Below, one piece after another: positions 14,704 to 27,299 of a stretch of DNA of 64,000 nt (positions are counted from its first letter, which is position 1; each line of letters begins with the position of its first letter). Source of the stretch: Escherichia coli (GTDB lineage Bacteria; Pseudomonadota; Gammaproteobacteria; Enterobacterales; Enterobacteriaceae); assembly GCF_003334765.1 (NCBI RefSeq), contig NZ_QOWT01000007.1; one strand, given 5' to 3'. Below the pieces are notes generated by a model that made no database searches, was not told where the DNA came from, and saw nothing but the letters and a program-made list of their open reading frames with translations. Position numbers and translations under genes: made by a program.

Positions 14704-14719
14704 CTGTATTTATATACAG
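14704..14719 (-). promoter_or_regulatory. LexA (SOS) box CTGTATTTATATACAG upstream of dinD
   Basis: 16-bp CTG-N10-CAG palindrome matching the LexA consensus, about 35-50 bp upstream of the dinD start. Confidence 0.8.
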
Positions 14720-14879
14720 TTGTGAGTATCTCACGTTCTCAGTGTGCTGGGCAAAAAAACATCGCAAAATCTGGAGCAGGCACGAAAAACAGAATTGAAA
14801 GTTGCGGGGAAGAAAAATGCCGCTCTGTTTGAGTGGGCGGCATTTGTGAAGGCTGAAAAGTAAGAATTGGCGTTACGAG

Positions 14880-15743
14880 TTATTCAATATTCTGAATCTG
14901 CTCGCGCATCTGCTCAATCAACACTTTCAGCTCAATCGCGGAGTTTGTCACTTCGGCATTGATAGACTTCGACGCAAGAGTGTTCGACTCGCGGTTGAAC
15001 TCCTGCATCATAAAGTCCAGACGACGACCAACGGCTTCTTTTTTCTTCAGAATGTTGTAGGTCTCTTTGACATGCGCTTCGAGGCGGTCCAGTTCTTCGG
15101 CAACGTCAATTCGTTGTGCCAGCAGAACCAACTCCTGCTCCAGACGGTTGTTTTCCAACTGAACCTGAGCATCTTCCAGCTTCGCGACCAAGCGTTCACG
15201 CTGCCATTGCAGGATTTCCGGCATATGGGAGCGGACTTTGACCACTTCGGCGGTGACGCCTTCCAGACGCTGCTCGATCAATGCTTTCAGTGCCTGACCT
15301 TCGGTTTCGCGCGCGACAATAAAGTCGTCCAGCGTACCATCCAGCGCCGCGAGAATTTCAGCGGCAATGGCGTCAAGATCCTGCTCCTGGGCTGCCATCA
15401 CGCCCGGCCAGCGTAGAATATCAACCGGGTTGATTTCCCCTTCGTCACTCTGCATTTTTACCCAGTTCGCGGCAGTTACCAGCTGTTTAGCCAGTTTTTC
15501 GTTGAGGATCAGCTCACCTTGCGCGCTAACATCTGGCTCATAGCGCAGGGTACATTCCACTTTACCGCGCGTCAGGCGAGAACGAATACGCTCGCGAACG
15601 ACAGGTTCAAGGCTACGGAACTGCTCCGGCAGACGAAAGTAAGTTTCCAGATAACGCTGGTTTACCGAGCGCATTTCCCAGGTTGCGCTCCCCCATTCAC
15701 CCTTGATTTCACGCCGGGCGTAGGCGGTCATACTGCGGATCAT
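14880..15743 (-). CDS. yicC: YicC-family stress-induced protein
   Basis: 287-aa ORF MIRSMTAYARREIKGEWGSATWEMRSVNQRYLET...; divergent from rph. Confidence 0.9.
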   Translation of the reverse strand: MIRSMTAYARREIKGEWGSATWEMRSVNQRYLETYFRLPEQFRSLEPVVRERIRSRLTRGKVECTLRYEPDVSAQGELILNEKLAKQLVTAANWVKMQSDEGEINPVDILRWPGVMAAQEQDLDAIAAEILAALDGTLDDFIVARETEGQALKALIEQRLEGVTAEVVKVRSHMPEILQWQRERLVAKLEDAQVQLENNRLEQELVLLAQRIDVAEELDRLEAHVKETYNILKKKEAVGRRLDFMMQEFNRESNTLASKSINAEVTNSAIELKVLIEQMREQIQNIE

Positions 15744-15869
15744 AGACGTTCCTGTTTATAAAAGGAGAGGTGGAAGGATTATAGCCATCGATGCCTTGTC
15801 AGGATAGGAATAACCGCCGGAAGTCCGTATAATGCGCAGCCACATTTGTTTCAAGCCGGAGATTTCAAT

Positions 15870-16586
15870 ATGCGTCCAGCAGGCCGTAGCAATAATCAGG
15901 TGCGTCCCGTTACCCTGACTCGTAACTATACAAAACATGCAGAAGGCTCGGTGCTGGTCGAATTTGGCGATACCAAAGTGTTGTGTACCGCCTCTATTGA
16001 AGAAGGCGTGCCGCGCTTCCTGAAAGGTCAGGGCCAGGGCTGGATCACCGCAGAGTACGGCATGCTGCCACGTTCTACCCACACCCGTAACGCTCGTGAA
16101 GCGGCGAAAGGTAAGCAGGGTGGACGCACAATGGAAATCCAGCGTCTGATCGCCCGTGCGCTTCGCGCGGCAGTAGATTTGAAAGCGCTGGGTGAGTTCA
16201 CCATTACGCTGGACTGCGACGTGCTTCAGGCTGATGGTGGCACGCGTACCGCTTCGATTACGGGTGCCTGTGTGGCGCTGGCAGATGCGCTACAGAAGCT
16301 GGTGGAAAACGGCAAGCTGAAAACCAACCCGATGAAAGGGATGGTAGCCGCGGTTTCTGTCGGGATTGTGAACGGCGAAGCGGTTTGCGATCTGGAATAC
16401 GTTGAAGACTCTGCCGCAGAGACCGACATGAACGTAGTGATGACCGAAGACGGGCGCATCATTGAAGTGCAGGGGACGGCAGAAGGCGAGCCGTTCACCC
16501 ATGAAGAGCTACTCACCTTGTTGGCGCTGGCCCGAGGGGGAATCGAATCCATTGTAGCGACGCAGAAGGCGGCGCTGGCAAACTGA
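15870..16586 (+). CDS. rph: ribonuclease PH, full length
   Basis: 238 aa from [20 protein letters not shown]... ending ...[16 protein letters not shown]; the wild-type C-terminus is present, not the K-12 rph-1 frameshift form. Confidence 0.9.
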   Translation: MRPAGRSNNQVRPVTLTRNYTKHAEGSVLVEFGDTKVLCTASIEEGVPRFLKGQGQGWITAEYGMLPRSTHTRNAREAAKGKQGGRTMEIQRLIARALRAAVDLKALGEFTITLDCDVLQADGGTRTASITGACVALADALQKLVENGKLKTNPMKGMVAAVSVGIVNGEAVCDLEYVEDSAAETDMNVVMTEDGRIIEVQGTAEGEPFTHEELLTLLALARGGIESIVATQKAALAN

Positions 16587-16593
16587 TTTTTAA

Positions 16594-16618
16594 GGCGACT
16601 GATGAGTCGCTTTTTTTT
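16594..16618 (+). terminator. rph–pyrE intergenic hairpin + T-run (pyrE attenuator)
   Basis: GCGACT/AGTCGC stem with GATGA loop followed by an 8-T run, placed between the rph stop and the pyrE start. Confidence 0.7.
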
Positions 16619-16650
16619 GTCTGTAGAAAAGTAAGATGAGGAGCGAAGGC

Positions 16651-17292
16651 ATGAAACCATATCAGCGCCAGTTTATTGAATTTGCGCTTAGCAAGCAGGT
16701 GTTAAAGTTTGGCGAGTTTACGCTGAAATCCGGGCGTAAAAGCCCCTATTTCTTCAACGCCGGGCTGTTTAATACCGGGCGCGACCTGGCACTGTTAGGC
16801 CGTTTTTACGCTGAAGCATTGGTGGACTCCGGCATTGAGTTCGATCTGCTGTTTGGCCCTGCTTACAAAGGGATCCCGATTGCCACCACAACCGCCGTGG
16901 CGTTGGCGGAGCATCATGACCTGGACCTGCCGTACTGCTTTAACCGCAAAGAGGCAAAAGACCACGGTGAAGGCGGCAATCTGGTTGGTAGCGCGTTACA
17001 AGGACGCGTAATGCTGGTAGATGATGTGATCACCGCCGGAACGGCGATTCGTGAGTCGATGGAAATTATTCAGGCCAATGGCGCGACGCTTGCTGGCGTG
17101 TTGATTTCGCTCGATCGTCAGGAACGGGGGCGCGGCGAGATTTCGGCGATTCAGGAAGTTGAGCGTGATTACAACTGCAAAGTGATCTCTATCATCACCC
17201 TGAAAGATCTGATTGCTTACCTGGAAGAGAAGCCGGAAATGGCGGAACATCTGGCGGCGGTTAAGGCCTATCGCGAAGAGTTTGGCGTTTAA
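16651..17292 (+). CDS. pyrE: orotate phosphoribosyltransferase
   Basis: 213 aa from [36 protein letters not shown]...; PRPP-binding motif [13 protein letters not shown]. Confidence 0.95.
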
Positions 17293-17300
17293 AGAAACTC

Positions 17301-17322
17301 GCCGGATGAAAATTCATCCGGC
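17301..17322. terminator. bidirectional hairpin between convergent pyrE and slmA
   Basis: Inverted repeat GCCGGATGAA-AA-TTCATCCGGC. Confidence 0.6.
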
Positions 17323-17328
17323 GTCATA

Positions 17329-17925
17329 TTACTGCAACTGCGCGGCAATTAGCGGCCAGCGGGCGTCAAAATCATCCGTCGGGCGGTATTTAAATTCGCT
17401 GCGGACAAAACGTGACAGCATACCTTCACAGAAGGCCAGGATCTGGCTTGCCAGCAGGGTTTCATCGGTGGTGTAACCTTCACCCTCACGCATTCTCTTT
17501 TCACGCAATACCTGGCGCAGCTGCGCTTCAATACGCTCGAACAGCTGGTTGATGCGCCCTTGCAGGCGATCCTGTTCAAACATTAGCGCATGACCAGTGA
17601 GGATGCGGGTCAGGCCAGGATTACGCTCACCAAAACCGAGAAGCAGCAACACAATCAGACGCAGGCGCGCTGTGGTGTCTTTCTCATCTTTCAGAATCAG
17701 ATTGATGCGAGTAATCAGGCTATCTTCGATAAACTCAATCAGGCTATCGAACATGCGGGTCTTACTGGGGAAGTGGCGATACAGTGCCGCTTCGGAAACG
17801 CCGACAGAGGCGGCCAGTTTTGCCGTCGTGATACGTTGGCTTCCATCGCTGGATTCCAGCATCAGCGCCAGAGACTGAAGTATTTCCTCGCGACGGTTCC
17901 TTTTCGCAGTTTGTTTTTCTGCCAT
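17329..17925 (-). CDS. slmA: nucleoid occlusion factor SlmA (TetR family)
   Basis: 198 aa from internal Met [24 protein letters not shown]... Confidence 0.9.
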
Positions 17926-18031
17926 GTTACAAAATACCCCTGAAAATAAGCACTTGCCAGGCGGCACCCACGCTATGACCGCAAACGAAATGTTTGCGGC
18001 TATGTTATGACGTTATTCGGATGCGTATGTG

Positions 18032-18490
18032 TTACTGACGACCAGAGTGACCAAAGCCGCCTTCACCGCGGTCGGTGGCGTCGAAATCTTCCACCAGATT
18101 AAATTCAGCCTGTACTACCGGAACAAAAATCATCTGGGCGATGCGTTCGCCAGGTTGAATGGTGAAGCTGTCCTGACCACGGTTCCACACGGAAATCATC
18201 AACTGGCCCTGATAGTCGGAATCGATCAATCCTACCAGGTTACCAAGCACGATACCGTGCTTATGTCCCAATCCGGAGCGCGGCAGCATCATTGCCGCCA
18301 GTGAAGGATCGGCAATATGAATCGCCAGCCCGGTCGGAACCAGCGTAGTGTCACCCGGAGCCAGTTCTACGGCGTCGTCGAGACAGGCACGCAGGTCAAG
18401 TCCGGCAGAGCCAGAGGTGGCATAAGTCGGGAGCGGAAATTCCTTCCCAACGCGCGGGTCCAGAATCTTAACGTCGATTTTTTTCATCAT
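18032..18490 (-). CDS. dut: dUTP pyrophosphatase
   Basis: 151/152 aa M(M)[33 protein letters not shown]... Confidence 0.95.
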
Positions 18491-19688
18491 AACGGGTCAC
18501 GATCTCGTCGAGTAATAATTGGCCAAGGAGCTCTTTGCGCTCAAGCGGTAAGACTTTATCTCCGTCCTGCCAGAAAAGGTGTAATGCGTTGTTGTCGCTG
18601 TTAAATCCTTGAGTTGGCTGGGAAACATCGTTCGCGCAGATCAGATCAAGGTTTTTACGGATACGTTTTTGCCGGGCGTATTCTTCCACATTATTTGTTT
18701 CGGCGGCAAATCCAACGACGTAGGGTCGATGGTCTTTTAGTGCGGCAACGCCTGCGACGATATCGGGGTTTTTAACCATTTTTATTGTTAATTCATCACC
18801 CTGCGTGGCCTGCTTTTTGATTTTTTCTGGGGCCACGGTAGCTGCGCGATAATCCGCCACGGCGGCGCAGCCGATAAAAATATTTTGCTGCTGTACAGAA
18901 GCATTCACGGCGGCTTCCATTTCCAGCGCGGTCATCACATCAACACGTTTAACAAACGGTGGCGTCGGTAGTGAAACCGGACCTGATACCAGCGTGACGT
19001 TCGCGCCACGACGGGCAGCGGCGGCGGCGATAGCAAAACCCATCTTGCCGGAGCTGTGATTAGAGATATAACGCACCGGATCGAGCGGTTCACGCGTCGG
19101 ACCGGCGGTAATCATAATGTTCAGATGTTTCAGGTCGTTGACGGGCGAAAAATGCGCCACCGCCATATCCACAATGGTTAACGGATCGAGCATTCGCCCA
19201 GGACCGATATCACCACAAGCCTGACTGCCACTGTCTGGCCCCCAGATGAGCAAACCACGGGAAGCAAGCACCTCTAAATTATGCTGCGTGGCAGCGGCAC
19301 GGTACATCTGCTGGTTCATGGCGGGGAGCACGGCTACAGGCGCAGGTGTAGCCAGACAAATCGTCGATACCAGGTCATTCGCCATTCCGGCAGCAACACG
19401 GGCAATCAAATCTGCCGTGGCAGGGGCGAGAATCACTAAATCAGCCCATTTACCCAGCTCAATATGGCCCATAGCGGCTTCGGCTGCCGGGTCCAGCAAA
19501 CTGTCGGAAACGGGATAACCAGAAACCGCCTGCAAGCTAAGTGGGGTGATAAAGGCTTTTGCCGCTTCGGTCATGGCTACGCGGACGTCGGCCCCGCGAT
19601 CGCGCAAACGACGCACCAGTTCAGGGGTTTTATAGGCAGCAATACCGCCGCTAACGCCGAGAACGATTTTTTTACCGGCCAGGCTCAT
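18468..19688 (-). CDS. coaBC: bifunctional phosphopantothenoylcysteine decarboxylase/synthetase
   Basis: 406 aa from internal Met [20 protein letters not shown]; 3' end overlaps the dut start. Confidence 0.9.
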
Positions 19689-19853
19689 GATGATTTTTCC
19701 TGTTGGGTGACACCAGAAGTTGGCGATTTTATCACAATACTTTTGTTGTCGTGCCTTCACCTGAGAATCACTTTGCGAGGCGCTTTCCAGGATTGAAAAC
19801 TGGCCGTCGATTTAACGGAACGGCTATGACAGGATGCGAGCACCACAAAGGAG

Positions 19854-20528
19854 GTGAAGGTGAAAAACAATTCACAGCTGTTGATGCCGCGCGAAAAAAT
19901 GCTGAAGTTTGGTATTAGCGCCTTAACGGATGTCGAGCTGCTGGCGCTATTTCTGCGTACCGGAACGCGCGGTAAAGATGTATTAACCCTGGCAAAAGAG
20001 ATGCTGGAGAATTTCGGCTCTCTTTATGGCTTGTTAACCTCTGAATATGAACAATTTAGTGGCGTTCATGGAATTGGCGTGGCGAAATTTGCCCAGTTAA
20101 AGGGGATTGCTGAACTGGCGCGGCGTTACTACAACGTGCGGATGCGTGAAGAAAGCCCTTTACTCAGCCCGGAGATGACGCGGGAATTTTTACAAAGCCA
20201 GCTCACGGGTGAGGAGCGGGAGATCTTTATGGTGATCTTTCTCGACTCACAACACCGGGTTATAACGCATAGCCGTCTTTTTTCCGGCACGCTAAACCAT
20301 GTTGAAGTCCATCCTCGGGAAATTATCCGCGAAGCGATAAAAATAAACGCCTCGGCGCTGATCCTTGCACATAATCACCCTTCGGGTTGTGCTGAACCCA
20401 GTAAAGCGGATAAACTCATTACTGAACGGATAATAAAGAGTTGTCAGTTCATGGATTTACGCGTGCTCGACCATATCGTGATTGGGCGTGGAGAGTATGT
20501 TTCTTTTGCCGAACGCGGTTGGATTTAA
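19854..20528 (+). CDS. yicR: UPF0758 JAB/MPN-domain protein (RadC-like)
   Basis: 222-224 aa; GTG start at 19854 or 19860 ([35 protein letters not shown]...); HNHPSG JAMM-like motif. Confidence 0.85.
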   Translation: MKVKNNSQLLMPREKMLKFGISALTDVELLALFLRTGTRGKDVLTLAKEMLENFGSLYGLLTSEYEQFSGVHGIGVAKFAQLKGIAELARRYYNVRMREESPLLSPEMTREFLQSQLTGEEREIFMVIFLDSQHRVITHSRLFSGTLNHVEVHPREIIREAIKINASALILAHNHPSGCAEPSKADKLITERIIKSCQFMDLRVLDHIVIGRGEYVSFAERGWI

Positions 20529-20723
20529 CCCGCTATGCGCGATCCTTCGGGATCTTTGTCTGTTCGGGACTTGAGCACATCGCTGAGTCAGCGTATACTA
20601 CGCCACCTTTGAGAATCTCGGGTTTGGCATTTGGGCCTGGCAATCGAGAGTTCACATAGAACTGCGATGACCGGGCTGTAAAGCCTGACGAGGCGCCAAT
20701 ACCCCATACGAAGCTCGAGCTAA

Positions 20724-20981
<258 letters not shown>

Positions 20982-20998
20982 GTACTTAGAGGAAATAA

Positions 20999-21169
<171 letters not shown>

Positions 21170-21188
21170 TTCTCGCTTTGATGTAACA

Positions 21189-21216
21189 AAAAACCTCGCT
21201 CCGGCGGGGTTTTTTG
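21189..21216 (+). terminator. rho-independent terminator after rpmG
   Basis: CCTCGC-tccg-GCGGGG hairpin followed by TTTTTTGTT. Confidence 0.65.
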
Positions 21217-21266
21217 TTATCTGCTTGCCCCCATATTGACTGCATCTGTTCATTCCTGGAGATGCT

Positions 21267-22076
21267 ATGCCTGAATTACCCGAAGTTGAAACCAGCCGCC
21301 GCGGCATAGAACCGCATCTCGTTGGTGCAACCATTCTTCATGCAGTGGTGCGCAACGGACGCTTGCGCTGGCCGGTTTCAGAAGAGATCTACCGTTTAAG
21401 CGACCAACCAGTGCTTAGCGTGCAGCGGCGGGCTAAATATCTGCTGCTGGAGCTGCCTGAGGGCTGGATTATCATTCATTTAGGGATGTCTGGCAGCCTG
21501 CGCATCCTTCCAGAAGAACTTCCCCCTGAAAAGCATGACCATGTGGATTTGGTGATGAACAACGGCAAAGTGCTGCGCTACACCGATCCGCGCCGCTTTG
21601 GTGCCTGGCTGTGGACCAAAGAGCTGGAAGGGCATAATGTGCTGGCCCATCTTGGACCGGAGCCGCTTAGCGACGATTTCAATGGTGAGTATCTGCATCA
21701 GAAGTGCGCGAAGAAAAAAACGGCGATCAAACCGTGGCTGATGGATAACAAGCTGGTGGTAGGCGTAGGGAATATCTATGCCAGCGAATCTCTGTTTGCG
21801 GCGGGGATCCATCCGGATCGGCTGGCGTCATCACTGTCGCTGGCGGAGTGCGAATTGCTGGCTCGGGTGATTAAAGCGGTGTTGCTGCGTTCGATTGAGC
21901 AGGGCGGTACAACGCTAAAAGATTTTCTGCAAAGCGACGGTAAACCGGGCTATTTCGCGCAGGAATTGCAGGTTTACGGGCGAAAAGGTGAGCCGTGTCG
22001 GGTGTGCGGTACGCCGATTGTGGCGACTAAACATGCGCAGCGGGCAACGTTTTATTGTCGGCAGTGCCAGAAGTAA
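21267..22076 (+). CDS. mutM: formamidopyrimidine-DNA glycosylase
   Basis: 269 aa [20 protein letters not shown]... with C-terminal zinc finger [26 protein letters not shown]. Confidence 0.95.
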   Translation: MPELPEVETSRRGIEPHLVGATILHAVVRNGRLRWPVSEEIYRLSDQPVLSVQRRAKYLLLELPEGWIIIHLGMSGSLRILPEELPPEKHDHVDLVMNNGKVLRYTDPRRFGAWLWTKELEGHNVLAHLGPEPLSDDFNGEYLHQKCAKKKTAIKPWLMDNKLVVGVGNIYASESLFAAGIHPDRLASSLSLAECELLARVIKAVLLRSIEQGGTTLKDFLQSDGKPGYFAQELQVYGRKGEPCRVCGTPIVATKHAQRATFYCRQCQK

Positions 22077-22114
22077 TTCATGCGCGCCGGATGGCATACC
22101 ATCCGGCATAAACG

Positions 22115-23879
<1,765 letters not shown>

Positions 23880-24226
23880 AATAAATAGCTGACTTATGGA
23901 TGTGCTGGGGATTCTATGTATTTAGCACCGGGTTTGCCATTACTTTTCCTTTTTTTGACTTAATTAGCCTCTGTTTGAGCTGATCTGCCGCTAGATCTTC
24001 ATTTTTTTTGTATTTTTATGCGATTCATTGAATTTCAGCCAGGATTGCAGCTTTACATCGACAATATCTGGATTCTCGAGTATGCAAAATTTTATCTCTA
24101 TGATTTTTATAATTAAAACATATTTTGTGTATAAAAATCATTCGGGTCGGATTGCTGCGAAAGAAATGATACACTAGCGCGTCAAAGTAAGTGCGTTATC
24201 AGTATTCGGGTAGCTGTTGAGCCTGG

Positions 24227-24238
24227 GGCGGTAGCGTG
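24227..24238 (+). promoter_or_regulatory. ops element GGCGGTAGCGTG (within a JUMPstart-type leader) upstream of waaQ
   Basis: Exact 12-nt ops sequence about 50 bp upstream of the waaQ start, followed by a T-run; RfaH-dependent antitermination site for the waaQ operon. Confidence 0.8.
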
Positions 24239-24285
24239 CTTTTTTCTGCTTAACTTAACCAGACAATCACACAAAAGAGTCGCTA

Positions 24286-25356
24286 GTGGAAAAGCCATTT
24301 CGAAAAATCCTGGTCATAAAGATGCGATATCACGGAGATATGTTATTAACTACTCCTGTAATCAGTACACTCAAGCAGAATTATCCCGACGCAAAAATCG
24401 ATATGCTGCTTTACCAGGATACAATTCCGATTTTATCTGAAAACCCAGAAATTAATGCACTCTATGGTATAAGCAATAAAGGTACGGGAACATTCGATAA
24501 AATTAAAAATGCACTTTCACTGATAAAAACTCTGCGTGCGAATAATTACGACCTGGTCATTAATCTTACGGATCAGTGGATGGTGGCCCTGCTGGTACGT
24601 TGTTTACCTGCTCGTATGAAAATATCGCAGCTTTATGGTCATCGGCAGCATGGCATTTGGAAAAAAAGCTTTACACACTTAGCGCCTATACACGGTACAC
24701 ATATTGTTGAGCGTAATTTGTCGGTCCTTGAGCCATTAGGTATTACCGATTTTTATACTGAAACAACCATGAGTTACGCCGAGGATTGCTGGAAGAAAAT
24801 GCGCCAGGAATTAGATGCACTGGGCGTGAAAGATCATTATGTCGTCATCCAGCCGACAGCCAGACAGATATTTAAGTGCTGGGACAACGATAAATTTTCT
24901 ATGGTTATCGATGCGTTGCAACATCGTGGTTATCAGGTTGTGCTGACTTGTGGCCCTTCGGCAGATGATCTCGCTTGCGTAGATGAAATTGCACGAGGCT
25001 GCCAAACAAAACCTATTACCGGCCTTGCCGGTAAAACACGTTTTCCTGAACTGGGCGCATTAATTGATCATGCAGTGCTCTTTATTGGTGTGGATTCTGC
25101 GCCGGGGCATATTGCAGCGGCTGTGAAGACGCCAGTTATTAGCCTGTTTGGGGCCACTGATCATGTATTCTGGCGTCCATGGACCGAGAATATTATTCAG
25201 TTCTGGGCGGGGAATTATCAAAAAATGCCTACCCGGCACGAACTTGACCGCAACAAAAAATATCTTTCTGTTATTCCAGCGGAAGATGTCATTGCCGCTA
25301 CGGAAAAGCTGTTGCCAGAAGATGCACCTTCAGCTGACAGGAATGCGCAATTATGA
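24286..25356 (+). CDS. waaQ: LPS heptosyltransferase III (GT9)
   Basis: 356 aa from the GTG at 24286 (ATG at 24322 gives 344 aa, MRYHGDMLLTTPVISTLKQNYP...); first gene of the long waa operon. Confidence 0.85.
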   Translation: MEKPFRKILVIKMRYHGDMLLTTPVISTLKQNYPDAKIDMLLYQDTIPILSENPEINALYGISNKGTGTFDKIKNALSLIKTLRANNYDLVINLTDQWMVALLVRCLPARMKISQLYGHRQHGIWKKSFTHLAPIHGTHIVERNLSVLEPLGITDFYTETTMSYAEDCWKKMRQELDALGVKDHYVVIQPTARQIFKCWDNDKFSMVIDALQHRGYQVVLTCGPSADDLACVDEIARGCQTKPITGLAGKTRFPELGALIDHAVLFIGVDSAPGHIAAAVKTPVISLFGATDHVFWRPWTENIIQFWAGNYQKMPTRHELDRNKKYLSVIPAEDVIAATEKLLPEDAPSADRNAQL

Positions 25357-26477
25357 TCGTGGCATTTTGCTTATATAAATATTTTCCATTTGGTGGGCTA
25401 CAGCGTGACTTTATGCGTATTGCCTCAACAGTTGCCGCACGGGGCCACCATGTTCGGGTATATACACAGTCGTGGGAAGGCGATTGCCCGGAAGCATTTG
25501 AGCTTATTCGCGTACCGGTTAAATCCCATACTAACCATGGACGTAATGCAGAATATTATGCCTGGGTTCAAAACCATCTGAAGGCACATCCCGCTGATCG
25601 CGTTGTTGGCTTTAATAAGATGCCTGGGCTGGATGTTTATTTTGCCGCCGATGTCTGTTATGCCGAGAAAGTGGCGCAAGAAAAGGGATTTTTCTATCGT
25701 TTAACATCGCGCTATCGCCATTATGCTGCATTCGAGCGAGCGACTTTCGAACATGGTAAATCGACGAAACTTATGATGTTGACCGATAAGCAAATCGCCG
25801 ATTTTCAGAAGCATTACCAAACTGAACCAGAACGTTTTCAAATTCTTCCCCCTGGTATCTATCCTGACAGAAAATACAACGCGCAAATCCCAAACAGTCG
25901 TGAAATTTATCGCCAGAAAAATGGCATCACTGAACAACAAAACTTATTGCTGCAGGTTGGTTCAGATTTTGGTCGTAAAGGTGTGGATCGCTCAATTGAA
26001 GCTTTGGCATCGTTACCAGAATCGTTACGCCATAATACGTTGTTGTTTGTTGTTGGCCAGGATAAACCGCGTAAATTTGAAGTGCTGGCAGAAAAACTCG
26101 GTGTGCGTAGTAAAGTGCATTTCTTTTCCGGGCGGAATGATGTGTCTGAATTAATGGCAGCCGCTGATTTATTAATGCATCCCGCTTATCAGGAGGCTGC
26201 AGGTATTGTTCTCCTTGAGGCAATTGCCGCGGGATTACCTGTGTTGACGACTGCGGTATGCGGATACGCACACTATATCACAGATGCTAATTGTGGAACG
26301 GTCATCGCTGAACCTTTCTCCCAGGAACAATTAAATGACGTTTTACGTAAAGCGTTAACTCAATCTCCATTGCGCATGGCCTGGGCGGAGAATGCTCGGT
26401 ATTACGCCGATACTCAGGATTTATACAGCCTGCCGGAGAAAGCGGCAGATATCATTACAGGTGGTTTAGATGGTTGA
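25353..26477 (+). CDS. waaG: LPS core glucosyltransferase I (GT4)
   Basis: 374-aa [42 protein letters not shown]... Confidence 0.9.
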   Translation: MIVAFCLYKYFPFGGLQRDFMRIASTVAARGHHVRVYTQSWEGDCPEAFELIRVPVKSHTNHGRNAEYYAWVQNHLKAHPADRVVGFNKMPGLDVYFAADVCYAEKVAQEKGFFYRLTSRYRHYAAFERATFEHGKSTKLMMLTDKQIADFQKHYQTEPERFQILPPGIYPDRKYNAQIPNSREIYRQKNGITEQQNLLLQVGSDFGRKGVDRSIEALASLPESLRHNTLLFVVGQDKPRKFEVLAEKLGVRSKVHFFSGRNDVSELMAAADLLMHPAYQEAAGIVLLEAIAAGLPVLTTAVCGYAHYITDANCGTVIAEPFSQEQLNDVLRKALTQSPLRMAWAENARYYADTQDLYSLPEKAADIITGGLDG

Positions 26478-27267
26478 ATTAGAAGAGCCACTTGCCACAC
26501 TCTGGCGTGGTAAAGATGCCTTTGCAGAAGTTAAAAAACTGAATGGCGAGGTCTTCCGTGAACTGGAGACGCGTCGCACATTACGCTTTGAACTGGCCGG
26601 CAAAAGTTATTTCCTCAAATGGCACAAAGGGACGACCCTAAAGGAGATTATAAAAAATCTGCTCTCATTGCGGATGCCCGTTTTAGGTGCAGACAGAGAG
26701 TGGCACGCTATTCATCGACTGCATGATGTCGGTGTTGATACGATGCACGGAATAGGATTTGGTGAAAAAGGGTTAAATCCATTAACTCGCACATCATTTA
26801 TTATTACCGAAGATCTCACTCCCACAATTAGCCTTGAAGATTATTGTGCAGATTGGGCGGTCAACCCGCCTGATGTACATATTAAGCGTATGCTGATCGC
26901 GCGTGTGGCAACCATGGTGCGCAAAATGCATGCAGCAGGGATTAATCACCGTGATTGTTATATCTGCCACTTTTTACTCCATTTGCCATTTACTGGCCGG
27001 GAAGATGAATTAAAAATTTCGGTTATCGATCTGCACCGGGCACAGATACGTGCAAAAGTACCACGTCGTTGGCGGGATAAAGATTTGATTGGTTTATATT
27101 TCTCATCAATGAATATTGGTCTGACGCAGAGAGATATCTGGCGATTTATGAAGGTTTATTTTGGGATGCCTTTACGCGATATTTATAGACTTGAGATTGA
27201 TTTACTTAAAAAGGCAAGGATTAAAGCAGGAAAAATAGAAGCAAGAACAATAAGAAAAAACTTGTAA
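26470..27267 (+). CDS. waaP: LPS core heptose I kinase
   Basis: 265-aa [43 protein letters not shown]... with kinase-like HRDCYICHF motif. Confidence 0.9.
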   Translation: MVELEEPLATLWRGKDAFAEVKKLNGEVFRELETRRTLRFELAGKSYFLKWHKGTTLKEIIKNLLSLRMPVLGADREWHAIHRLHDVGVDTMHGIGFGEKGLNPLTRTSFIITEDLTPTISLEDYCADWAVNPPDVHIKRMLIARVATMVRKMHAAGINHRDCYICHFLLHLPFTGREDELKISVIDLHRAQIRAKVPRRWRDKDLIGLYFSSMNIGLTQRDIWRFMKVYFGMPLRDIYRLEIDLLKKARIKAGKIEARTIRKNL

Positions 27268-27299
27268 ATAGTATTTTATTACAAAAAGGGATTCTAAAA

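Noticed and set aside
23880-24285. Possible small gene or mobile-element remnant in the 406-bp waaA–waaQ intergenic region
   Set aside because: No ORF; the region is explained by divergent promoters and the ops-containing waaQ leader.
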